NCBI GenBank assembly: GCA_044440125.1
Contig: JBITAJ010000003.1
Location: forward strand, 131,776 to 195,775
DNA length: 64,000 nt
DNA from: Sedimentisphaeraceae bacterium JB056
GTDB taxonomy: Bacteria > Planctomycetota > Phycisphaerae > Sedimentisphaerales > Sedimentisphaeraceae
Reading direction: 5' to 3'
This document shows, piece after piece, positions 41,361 through 50,430 of this stretch. Within the stretch, counting starts at the first letter, position 1, and every line of letters begins with the position of its first letter. The notes under the pieces were generated by a model. That model searched no databases. It had not been told where the DNA came from and saw nothing but the letters and a program-made list of their open reading frames with translations. Made by a program: the position numbers and the translations under genes.

Positions 41361-42395
41361 TTATAATCTCATACTTGAGCCGTTGCGAACCAGTGACGCA
41401 TGGAATACTCTTGACACTTCACCCTGCTTTTGGCCATATATCTGCTCCAGAAGCATCTTAGCGGCATACTCATCCTTCATGTCACCATTAACCTTACTGA
41501 ATAATGTCAATGGAGGATTCAGATATTCACACACGCTCACATCACCGATACCAACCACAGCAATATCTTCAGGTATGGAGAATCCGTGGTTTTTAATTGA
41601 ATAATAAGACCCTACCGCCAGCATATCCGACACACAGAACAACCCGTCAAGATTATGCTTTTTGAGATATGCGTCTATCGCTTCGGCACCTGATTTTTCA
41701 TTTATATCATCTGCCTCTATTACGGCACAATGTATCTCGTTTTCTACACATTTATCAAGAAATCCGTCAAGCCTTCCCTTTGTTGTCTGTGTAAGAAGCT
41801 CATGACGTGGTGTTATAACCGCAATATCCTCACACTTACACTCACAAATAAGCTCTTCTGCAGCCTCGGTTCCCATATGATAAGCATCGCCTGTAACACA
41901 ACTGTAACCCGGAATTTCACGCCCAAGAAAGACTATAGGATACAACACACGGTTTTCCATAAAGAAACTATCATCCTCAAAACCTGTATTTGTGATAATA
42001 GCCCCGTTGAATCTGCTGCCGTCAAGTATCCCCGGAACCTCGGATATTTTGTTACGGTGAAACATCACGATCTCTACTAAAGGAGTTATGTCCTTGTAAT
42101 ATTTTGCCGCTGTCTGCTCAAGCATCTTCACAAGATTTGAAGTTACCGCAAAAGGAGACTCGTATGCTGTAACCACAACCAGTTCACAAACCTTCATATC
42201 TTTTTGGACTCTGAGACGTCTGGCCGCAACATTGGGCTGATAACCCAACTTACGAGCCTGCAACTTAACAAGTTCAACAGTCTTCGGAGATATCCGCCTC
42301 TCCTTGCTCCTGTTATTAAAAACTGAAGAGACTGTCGCTGTGGAAACACCTATTTTTGACGAAAACTCTTCAAGACTTATAATATTATTCTTCAT
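41361..42395 (-). CDS. LacI-family transcriptional regulator
   Basis: IGVSTATVSSVFN...LGYQPNVAARRL; SIPEDIAVVG; PPLT. Confidence 0.92.
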   Translation of the reverse strand: MKNNIISLEEFSSKIGVSTATVSSVFNNRSKERRISPKTVELVKLQARKLGYQPNVAARRLRVQKDMKVCELVVVTAYESPFAVTSNLVKMLEQTAAKYYKDITPLVEIVMFHRNKISEVPGILDGSRFNGAIITNTGFEDDSFFMENRVLYPIVFLGREIPGYSCVTGDAYHMGTEAAEELICECKCEDIAVITPRHELLTQTTKGRLDGFLDKCVENEIHCAVIEADDINEKSGAEAIDAYLKKHNLDGLFCVSDMLAVGSYYSIKNHGFSIPEDIAVVGIGDVSVCEYLNPPLTLFSKVNGDMKDEYAAKMLLEQIYGQKQGEVSRVFHASLVRNGSSMRL

Positions 42396-42451
42396 ACCAT
42401 AACCTTTAATACTGGTGAATTGCTAAACTTTAGCTAAATCGAATTAGCAAA

Positions 42452-42480
42452 ATTATAGCACTAATACCATATTCTTTCAA
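42452..42480 (-). promoter_or_regulatory. Sigma70-type promoter for the LacI/pilin operon
   Basis: Minus strand TTGAAA-17 bp-TATAAT. Confidence 0.65.
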
Positions 42481-42555
42481 GTCTTTTTTAAAAAATTCAA
42501 CTTCTAAAACTTTAAAACTCTTGTTAAAAAGCTTTTATGCTGTTATTTTTTATTC

Positions 42556-42584
42556 TTGCTTTCTACTAAAAATTAGTATATACT
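42556..42584 (+). promoter_or_regulatory. Sigma70-type promoter for 42634..45753
   Basis: TTGCTT-17 bp-TATACT. Confidence 0.6.
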
Positions 42585-42633
42585 CAAAAAAAGTAAAATA
42601 ATCGTTTTAACAAAAAGACATAGAGAATGCTAT

Positions 42634-45600
42634 ATGAATCATCATATTTCGACTTTATTAAAAGGATTTAGCAATCCTTCAGACAAGCACAGGGCAAAAC
42701 CTTTCTGGTCGTGGAACAGCGATCTTGAAAAAGACAAACTTCTTAAACAGATACATGAGATGAAGAACATGGGCATATCAGGCGCCCTTGTACACTCCAG
42801 AAGCGGGCTTATAACTGACTACCTCGGTAAAAACTGGTTCGATCTGGTCAATGCCGTTTGCCGTGAAGCCGCTGAAAACAACTTCACGATATGGATATAT
42901 GACGAGGACCGTTGGCCAAGCGGTACTGCTGGCGGCAAAGTAACAAAAGACCCCGCCAACCGTCAAAAAAGATTGATGTTAGAAATTTTCAACCCGACCG
43001 ATTTTGAATTTAACGAAAAGTTTCTCGCAACGTTTAAAATAGATAAAAATGACAGAGAAATCAAAAGTTGCCAGAGAATATACTCTCCTTCAGAAATAGA
43101 TGCAACTGACAGCAATAAGAAAATATTCGCTTTCAAAATAATCGTTATGCCCTGCACCGACTGGTATAACGGCGGAGCATATCTCGACACTCTGGACAAA
43201 AACTCTGTAAAACAATTCATTAAATCCACACATGAAAAATACCTCCAAGAATGCAGACAGTATTTCGGCAATGTGATATCCACTGTATTCACCGATGAAC
43301 CTCACCATGAATCTGTACTTGCACCAACAATTTATTCCGTGCAAAACAACTCAGAAGAAAACAGCAAGACATACGAAATTCCATGGACAACATCATTGCC
43401 TGAATTTTTCAGCGAAAAATACGGCTACGACATACTCGATCATCTTCCTTATATTTTTTTTGATATACCAGCAACAATAACAAACCTGCACCGGCACAAT
43501 TACCATGACTGCATAACAAGCATGTTCACGACCTTTTATGCTGGTCAGTTAAATGCATGGGCAGAGAAAAACGGTCTTATAGATACAGGACACATCTTCT
43601 GGGAGTCTCCACTGAATAAGATGGTCTCTTACGTAGGCTCTATGATGAGATTCATGGAAAAGATACAGATGCCGGCAGTTGATATAATAAGCAGCTCTGC
43701 CGTATTCACTGATGGACGGGATGAATACGACAGCGTAAAGCAATGCACATCAATAGCTCACCAGTTCGGTAAAGAACAAATACTCTCTGAGCTATATGCA
43801 TGCTGCGGATGGGAGTTTACACCAGAGGACATGAAACGCATCGGCGACTGGCAGGCAACACTTGGCGTCAACCTGAGATGCCAAAGCTGCTTTGCTTACT
43901 CTACCGTCAATGATGGCAAAAGAGACTTCCCTCCTTCATATTTTCATGTCACATGGAAAGATATGTTTTGCCGCATAGAAGATTATTACGCAAGACTTAA
44001 CGCATTTATTTCTATGGGCAAACCCGTAAGAAACATATTGGTGATACACCCCAATGAATCTCTCTGGCAAAACATCAAAGCAGACTGGACTCAATCAGCC
44101 GAGCACGAAAAAATAGAAAAATCATACAATTGTCTACTTGAATGGCTCTTAGGAGCACAGATAGATTTTGACTATGGTGATGAAGAAATAATGTCACGCC
44201 ATGCATCTATCAACATTAACAATGACAAAATCTTATTCCAAATAGGTCAAGCTGAATACAAAACTATTATAGTACCAGACTTGTTTAACATCAGAAACTC
44301 TACATTGAAACTATTAGAGACGTTCAGCAATGCTGGCGGAAAAGTAATATTTTGCGGCCAAATTCCTTCGTATTTAGATGGCTCTTACTCAACGGAAGCA
44401 AAAAAACTATCTGCTAAATGTATTGCAACAGGCCTCGAGAAAGACGAGATAATCAAAAACTTGCAAGATACTTGTGAAATTAAATTAAGTACTAACACAC
44501 AAAATTCTACACTTGACAAGATACTCTGCTCAATCCGTGAAGATGATAAATCCAGATACATAGTTCTTCACAACACCAGTACGGATACTGATATAAATCA
44601 ACTTTCAGTAACTGTAACAAACAGCTTTCATGAACCCGTTGTGTATGAGGCTAATCCCTTCAACGGCAACTATAATACAAAAGAAAGCTGCTCAACAAAG
44701 AATAGCGTGACATTCCAAACGGATTTATGTCCACTTGAACTTAAGCTCTTTATAATAAGCAAAAAATGCTCGGACAAACGAATAACTGAAACAACACAAG
44801 AATTCTCCAAAGCAGAATACCTTACCAACTTTGACTTCTCAATAGATTCTCTCAATATTTGCGTTTTGGACTTTGCTGAAATCGACATAAACAATAAAGA
44901 CAAATTTGAAGACTATCTGTATAATGCCGACATTAAAATCAGGCAATCAATGGGCTGGCCTCGTAGAAGATTTAACATGCTTCAGCCATGGGCTGACAAA
45001 GAATGGGATTCTCCAGCCAGCACACCTGTAAACTTAAAATACCGATTCACCTGTGAACAGATCCCATCCGAACTATATCTTGCAATGGAAAAACCTGAAA
45101 GATTCAATATTAAACTTAACGGCAACAGCATCCCTAATCTCTCAGATAAATACTTCATTGATCACTCAATCATAAAGATTCCACTCAACACACAATTGCT
45201 TCAAACAGGAGCAAACACTATAGAAATGAGCATAGACTACAAAAAAGCAGATGGCTTGGAGGGCGTATATCTTCTTGGCGACTTTGATGTTGAGATTAAA
45301 TCTGGACGCCCTGTGTTGCTCAAACCAACAAAAATTACTCACTACGAAGACCTAACACAAAGTGGTAAGCCATTCTATTACGGAACAGTCACTTACAGCT
45401 ATAACATTCATGTCATCGAAAACGAGAAAACAGTATTGAGCTTACCCGATTGGAACGGTGCTTGTTTCAAGGTAATAGTGAATGATACAGATGCCGGATA
45501 CATAGCATATAAACCATACGAAAAAGATATAACAGCTTACCTCACAAAAGGAAAAAACAAACTAAGCCTGACTCTATATTCAACATCAAGGAACTTCTTT

Positions 45601-45753
45601 GGTCCATTCCATTGCGAAAAACCTTTTAGAGGAAAAGGCTGGACAGACCCAAGAGACTACGAATGTCCGGAATTCAACAGCCATAACACCTATGAAACAA
45701 TACCTTTCGGAATAAACAAACCACCAGTCATTAAACATTTCAAGACCGTATAA
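42634..45753 (+). CDS. Large GH106-like (alpha-L-rhamnosidase-related) glycoside hydrolase
   Basis: KPFWSWN, HSRSGL, WIYDEDRWPSGTAGG, FTDEP, LSELY, DFDYGDE; no signal peptide. Confidence 0.8.
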   Translation: MNHHISTLLKGFSNPSDKHRAKPFWSWNSDLEKDKLLKQIHEMKNMGISGALVHSRSGLITDYLGKNWFDLVNAVCREAAENNFTIWIYDEDRWPSGTAGGKVTKDPANRQKRLMLEIFNPTDFEFNEKFLATFKIDKNDREIKSCQRIYSPSEIDATDSNKKIFAFKIIVMPCTDWYNGGAYLDTLDKNSVKQFIKSTHEKYLQECRQYFGNVISTVFTDEPHHESVLAPTIYSVQNNSEENSKTYEIPWTTSLPEFFSEKYGYDILDHLPYIFFDIPATITNLHRHNYHDCITSMFTTFYAGQLNAWAEKNGLIDTGHIFWESPLNKMVSYVGSMMRFMEKIQMPAVDIISSSAVFTDGRDEYDSVKQCTSIAHQFGKEQILSELYACCGWEFTPEDMKRIGDWQATLGVNLRCQSCFAYSTVNDGKRDFPPSYFHVTWKDMFCRIEDYYARLNAFISMGKPVRNILVIHPNESLWQNIKADWTQSAEHEKIEKSYNCLLEWLLGAQIDFDYGDEEIMSRHASININNDKILFQIGQAEYKTIIVPDLFNIRNSTLKLLETFSNAGGKVIFCGQIPSYLDGSYSTEAKKLSAKCIATGLEKDEIIKNLQDTCEIKLSTNTQNSTLDKILCSIREDDKSRYIVLHNTSTDTDINQLSVTVTNSFHEPVVYEANPFNGNYNTKESCSTKNSVTFQTDLCPLELKLFIISKKCSDKRITETTQEFSKAEYLTNFDFSIDSLNICVLDFAEIDINNKDKFEDYLYNADIKIRQSMGWPRRRFNMLQPWADKEWDSPASTPVNLKYRFTCEQIPSELYLAMEKPERFNIKLNGNSIPNLSDKYFIDHSIIKIPLNTQLLQTGANTIEMSIDYKKADGLEGVYLLGDFDVEIKSGRPVLLKPTKITHYEDLTQSGKPFYYGTVTYSYNIHVIENEKTVLSLPDWNGACFKVIVNDTDAGYIAYKPYEKDITAYLTKGKNKLSLTLYSTSRNFFGPFHCEKPFRGKGWTDPRDYECPEFNSHNTYETIPFGINKPPVIKHFKTV

Positions 45754-45778
45754 GCAACTGACATTTATATTCGCAGAA

Positions 45779-45819
45779 AATTAAAGCCTTGTAAGCTATT
45801 AACCTACAAGGCTTTAATT
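45779..45819. terminator. Bidirectional hairpin terminator between the GH106-like gene and the tRNA fragment
   Basis: AATTAAAGCCTTGTA-N11-TACAAGGCTTTAATT. Confidence 0.75.
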
Positions 45820-45822
45820 GAG

Positions 45823-45864
45823 CGAGGCCAAAGGGACTCGAACCCTCAATCTTCGAATCGACAG
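45823..45864 (-). other. Degenerate 3' half of tRNA-Asp(GTC); att-like site
   Basis: Minus strand: anticodon loop CT-GTC-GA, T-arm GAGGG-TTCGAGT-CCCTT, acceptor strand TGGCCTC + G; no 5' half. Confidence 0.75.
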
Positions 45865-45870
45865 CCCAAC

Positions 45871-45958
45871 TCTCTGGTTTCGTAAGTATCTATTAATAAA
45901 TAATTAACAACTGATATTAAAAGACTTATAACTTCAACCGTAACACAACCGAAGCCCC
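45871..45958. repeat. Copy 1 of an ~88-bp direct repeat (element arm)
   Basis: 80/88 identical to 63913..64000 by manual alignment. Confidence 0.9.
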
Positions 45959-46447
45959 CAGCAGCAGGACCAAACGAGCATAATTATTGCAAGCGCGTTG
46001 CAAAATTCAAGACTTGGATTAACCTCTTACATTAAACTGCTCATATCAGCGAGTTGTCGTAAAAACAGAGATAAATCAATGATCTGCTTCAATCTTTCCG
46101 ACACCATGACAACCAGTCTCACCAAGTTTGGGTTCCCATCGATTCTTGCATATTGAGTAAAGCAGCTTAAGTTCCTTTATCAGTCAAGCTTGTCATTAAT
46201 GCAGTACATAATCTTAGTGGTTGTCTCATCATAAACACAATATTAAAGTAGATGAAATTTAGGCAATTTTTAAGTTGTAAATTTGCTCCAAAGCCATAAA
46301 ATCCCAATCAAAATTAGGCTCTGATGAGTTTTGAAACACCGCTTAAAGCCATCGTTAAGTTACTTTAAACACACATCCATTTTCGTACTCTAAAACCAGT
46401 ATGATTTATATGAATTACATATTCTTTAATATTTTTAGCCTTTTTGA

Positions 46448-47701
46448 ATGATACAGAGCGCGGTAGTCATTGACGCAACAACAAGAAGTTCAAGAACATC
46501 AGGTCTATGGACACCTGCTTATGATGACTCAGAAGCTTATGAATGGGTTATTGATGAATACCCTGAGCTCAGCAGTGCAGGGCCAATTGCCCACATTCAT
46601 CCAAGTACACTTGTACTAAGAGATTATTTCGTAGCATTCAACATACTACCAATCTTCTACTGGGAAAACATAGACTCAACTACAGAAACTATCTTCAGCA
46701 ATTTCCTTGAAGACACGGGGCCTAATCAGGCTGTCTTTGGCATATGGAATCCTCTCGCACAGGAAAAACCATTTGATCTTGGCAAGCCTGAATGCGAATA
46801 TGATGAACACCAGTATATGAGATTACTCTGCCCATACGGCAAATATATTGAATGTACCGGAGAATCCGGCATATCAAACCTTTCGTTCCAAAGTGGCATG
46901 CATATGCTTAAAGACACTTTCAGGGATGAACATGGTCCTTCACTGACGCTGGACAGCAGCAAGGTATACGTCGCGTTTAACATAACTGATGGAGACAACA
47001 TAGGTAATCTCTGGAACGGCTTCGGATATACACCAGGCAGATGGTGGGATGATTCGAATCGAGGCGATGTCTGGATCAACTGGTCCTACAGTGCATCCAT
47101 GCTCGACCTTATGCCCGGCCTTACCAGTTACTACTATGATACAGCAACCTCAAAAGACAGTTTCTTGGGCGGCGGTATAGGCTACATCCTGCTTGATGAT
47201 TATGCAACAGAATATACAACTACAAGAGATTCACTCATAAGAGATTTCTACACTACAACTGATATAGCGCAAGAAAATCTTGATATCTACAGTTTATGGG
47301 GACTCACCGAATACAATCTTAGCGGCACACCGAACAGCCAAAGTGATCTACCCGAACTGGCTATCGCATGTGACGAGATGAATGAAGGCGAGCCTTTCGA
47401 GTGCATTCTTCTTGATTACAACAGAAGAAGCGGCGTAAGCAGCTATTCCGATACAAACCTCGAAAGCAGCAACATCCCGATATTCCTCACCGTTAATAAC
47501 GGCTCAACGAGTATTACCGACGTAGCCAACACGATACGCTCCTATACCCCGACCACCAAACCAGCGTTTCTGCATGTAAGCCTCATCAACTGGGATTGGG
47601 AACCTGATGAAGTGGAGCTTCTCGCAGAAGAACTAGGAAGCGGTTATGTCCCTGTAGACACCAAAAACATGAGTCAACTTTACTATGAAGCAAATAACTA
47701 A
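46448..47701 (+). CDS. GxGYxYP-family putative glycoside hydrolase, C-terminal part (probably 5'-truncated)
   Basis: LRDYFVA, NLSFQSG, KVYVAFNITDGDN, RGDVWINWS, GGGIGY, PAFLHV; no signal peptide and it lies among scars. Confidence 0.7.
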   Translation: MIQSAVVIDATTRSSRTSGLWTPAYDDSEAYEWVIDEYPELSSAGPIAHIHPSTLVLRDYFVAFNILPIFYWENIDSTTETIFSNFLEDTGPNQAVFGIWNPLAQEKPFDLGKPECEYDEHQYMRLLCPYGKYIECTGESGISNLSFQSGMHMLKDTFRDEHGPSLTLDSSKVYVAFNITDGDNIGNLWNGFGYTPGRWWDDSNRGDVWINWSYSASMLDLMPGLTSYYYDTATSKDSFLGGGIGYILLDDYATEYTTTRDSLIRDFYTTTDIAQENLDIYSLWGLTEYNLSGTPNSQSDLPELAIACDEMNEGEPFECILLDYNRRSGVSSYSDTNLESSNIPIFLTVNNGSTSITDVANTIRSYTPTTKPAFLHVSLINWDWEPDEVELLAEELGSGYVPVDTKNMSQLYYEANN

Positions 47702-47779
47702 TACTTGCTTCATAAAAGGTATTTTAATTATAATACTTGTGTATTGAAACTTTATTCAATTCTATAAGGAGCTATTCTC

Positions 47780-47807
47780 AGCCTACGTCTAAAGACGTAG
47801 GCTTTTT
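47780..47807 (+). terminator. Rho-independent terminator
   Basis: AGCCTACGTCT-AA-AGACGTAGGCT followed by TTTT. Confidence 0.8.
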
Positions 47808-47847
47808 CCAATTCGAATATTACGGCAAGCTTCTGGCTCTGTACAGA

Positions 47848-47955
47848 TTAAGCCAAACTTGGTATTATCGTATTATACATTATAGCTATTTTTGGGACAA
47901 GGATATCAGATCCGAGTATCTGGCTGGGAGCAAAACAGTAACGTTTATGCATCCT
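47848..47955 (-). pseudogene. Second, more decayed C-terminal remnant of a URO-D-family gene
   Basis: RYCFAPSQILGSDILVPKIAIMY matches GYIFAPSQILGPDIPAENIAAIY of 30945..31181; shared DNA CCGAGTATCTGGCTGGG. Confidence 0.7.
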
Positions 47956-47959
47956 TTGA

Positions 47960-48187
47960 AGTAAGGTAATAAACAATATTAACAGAGATTTTGATATTAT
48001 TCGCAAAAATGCTAAAGTGGATAAATGTACGATACACGATTTTAGAAGATCAGCAATTACAAACTGGACTCAAAGATTATCATTTCAGGTAGTCCACAAA
48101 CTCGCAGGACACTCAAATATCAAGACAACCATGGATTATTATCTCGCTGTAAGAGCTGGTATAAACTGCAAATTAACGAACTCTTGA
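47960..48187 (+). pseudogene. C-terminal remnant of a tyrosine recombinase / phage-type integrase
   Basis: Manual translation ...CTIHDFRRSAITNW...VHKLAGHSNIKTTMDYY (H-x-x-R, H and Y catalytic motifs); in-frame stop immediately upstream. Confidence 0.88.
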
Positions 48188-48210
48188 GACAAATTATACA
48201 AACGCAATAA

Positions 48211-48300
48211 CCTGTTTAAAATCATACCACCATCTGGCTTATTGGAAAACTTACTATTCAAGCTAAACCTACAGTACAATTTCACCAAGACATATATCTA
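48211..48300 (+). mobile_element. Decayed 3' fragment of the same IS as 31196..31772
   Basis: AAATCATACCACC...GAAAACTTACTATTCAAGCT...CAGTACAATTTCACCAAGACATATAT aligns with about 31545..31625. Confidence 0.65.
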
Positions 48301-48459
48301 CTGTAAATTAACAAACTCTTTATAGATTAATCGCCCAACGCCAACTTAAGCAAGCGATTAAGAAAACAAACTAAAGTAAAGCCAGAGATATTCAATAGCA
48401 AACTACTTAACGCCTCTGGCTCAAGTTAGATTAGTCAGTTGCATCTTGAAATATGAGGA

Positions 48460-50391
48460 TCAAACACCTTGCAAATCAACAACCTCTGACTGCTGGTGTT
48501 CAAATGCAGTCTTGCAATTTGTCAAAATCATACAGATTATTCCCGCCGCACAGAAACTCATATGAGGTATACAAATAGGCCCGTCTTTGAGTCTTCCAAG
48601 CGTTTTCTCCTCAGGATTGAAGCATTCAAAAACACCCGGAAATTGGTTAGTTGCATGAACTATGCCTTTGACCACTTTTTTGGCAACTCCATAACATTCA
48701 TAATCATAAAGCCCTTTATAGGCCATATAGTTCATAAACGGCCATACCGAACCAAGAGCGTACAAAGAAGGATCGAAACATTCTTCTCTCATAGAAACGG
48801 AAGTAAGGCCGTATTCAGTAAGAAATTCATCTTCGAATACCCTTGCAACTCTTTGAGCCTTGTCCTTAGGGAAAATATTAAGATAGAATCCAGTATAAAT
48901 ATCAGAGGATTTCAACCTTATTTGTTCAAGCTGGTAAGTTAATGCGTAATAGTAGCTATCCTCATCGTTCCACATATTCTCAAGCATAAATGCCTGCGTA
49001 CTCTCTTTACGTTGTTTCCACTGCTGGCTCTCTTCATTTTTTTCGAGAGCTTCAGCAAAGTTACACATCGCCGCCTCAAATGAAACCTTCGCCGAGTTTA
49101 TAGATATCGAGTAAGCCGGACCATTATCATAAATAGGACAATTATCCATTCCTGATTCAGGGCCGTAATGGTATGGCGCTCTTTTATCATCAATCCCCCA
49201 CAGCGGTACTTGACCAGAAGGCTTTCTGAACTTTTCATACCAATCATAATTTCTGCCAAGCTCACGATAAGCCTTCTTCGCAAAGTTCATATCACCGGTT
49301 CTTTCAAAAACCTTCCAGGCAGTATCAGCAACTAATGGTATCTGAGTTATTTCATCTTTCCTCTCACGTTTATCAAGAAATCCAAGAAGAACATGCAGCG
49401 GCATCATGCCAGTTTCCTTGAGAGAATCAAGCTGTGCGTCAACAAGCCCCTGAACAAAGAACGGATCGAAATCCATATAGGCATTGGCAATAAAAGGAGA
49501 AGTGTCCCAAACCCATACAGAAGGGAATCCTAATCCTGTAAGACACCAGTGAATCCCCTTTCGCTTAACCTCATTGAAAAACAGTATATACCACGACTTA
49601 TAATAAGCAAGCTTCTGCTGTGAATCATCGAAATCCGGATGAGGAATTTTTGCAGCAAATACTCCCCATTCTTTGAGCATTTCATTTTCATCAGAATTGC
49701 CCGGGTTATTAAATGCCAATCTAAGTTCAAATACCCTGCTGCTATTTGCGGGAATATCAATAGATGTAATAAATTCTATGCCCTGACTTTTAGTTTCCTC
49801 TATACCGTCGCAACTCTGTATATTTTTGATTCCTTTAACATCACTTTCAGGAAAGCTGAGAAACACCTTTAACTCTTCAGACTCGATATACCATTCACGT
49901 AAAGATGTAAAATCTACAGTCCCAGAACCATGTTTCTCGATTTTCTTATTAAGATCAAAAGTAAACTCTGCTCCAGTTGAATGACTCTCAACAGACTCAC
50001 ACCCGCGATCTGACAAAGCACTCATAACCAAATCTACTTTTTTGTCTTCGAATGCCCTGTTCTTAATCGTATAGTTCAACCGAAAACTGTCATCACCTGT
50101 TGCAATCATATCCATTTCAAAACTTATGAACGGACAGACAAAATTATGAAACTCCGCAGATGTTTCCCCCGGCTTGTGCATAAAGAATTTTCTTAAGCTT
50201 TCATCATGAGGTACATGAACAACCTTATCGTCAACTACAAGATGCTTGAGACCAAACTCACTGAAAAACGGACCACTGAATAGAGAAGAATTCCCTTTTG
50301 GCTGCAGATAAAAAACTGAACCGTAATTTTTAACAGGGGATGAATTCCAGTAACCTTTTTCTGTTATATCAATGCTGTTTTGTGCTTCCAT
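48460..50391 (-). CDS. (alpha/alpha)6-barrel glycoside hydrolase, GH63/MGH1/trehalase-like
   Basis: WVWDTS, TQIPL, PESGMDNCP, MWNDEDSYY, GSVWPFMNY, FECFNP; no signal peptide. Confidence 0.82.
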   Translation of the reverse strand: MEAQNSIDITEKGYWNSSPVKNYGSVFYLQPKGNSSLFSGPFFSEFGLKHLVVDDKVVHVPHDESLRKFFMHKPGETSAEFHNFVCPFISFEMDMIATGDDSFRLNYTIKNRAFEDKKVDLVMSALSDRGCESVESHSTGAEFTFDLNKKIEKHGSGTVDFTSLREWYIESEELKVFLSFPESDVKGIKNIQSCDGIEETKSQGIEFITSIDIPANSSRVFELRLAFNNPGNSDENEMLKEWGVFAAKIPHPDFDDSQQKLAYYKSWYILFFNEVKRKGIHWCLTGLGFPSVWVWDTSPFIANAYMDFDPFFVQGLVDAQLDSLKETGMMPLHVLLGFLDKRERKDEITQIPLVADTAWKVFERTGDMNFAKKAYRELGRNYDWYEKFRKPSGQVPLWGIDDKRAPYHYGPESGMDNCPIYDNGPAYSISINSAKVSFEAAMCNFAEALEKNEESQQWKQRKESTQAFMLENMWNDEDSYYYALTYQLEQIRLKSSDIYTGFYLNIFPKDKAQRVARVFEDEFLTEYGLTSVSMREECFDPSLYALGSVWPFMNYMAYKGLYDYECYGVAKKVVKGIVHATNQFPGVFECFNPEEKTLGRLKDGPICIPHMSFCAAGIICMILTNCKTAFEHQQSEVVDLQGV

Positions 50392-50430
50392 AGAAATCTC
50401 AATATATATATAAAATGTAAAATAAATTCG

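Noticed and set aside
45960..46440. Possible decayed gene next to the att arm
   Set aside because: The frames translated by hand gave stops and no recognisable motif.
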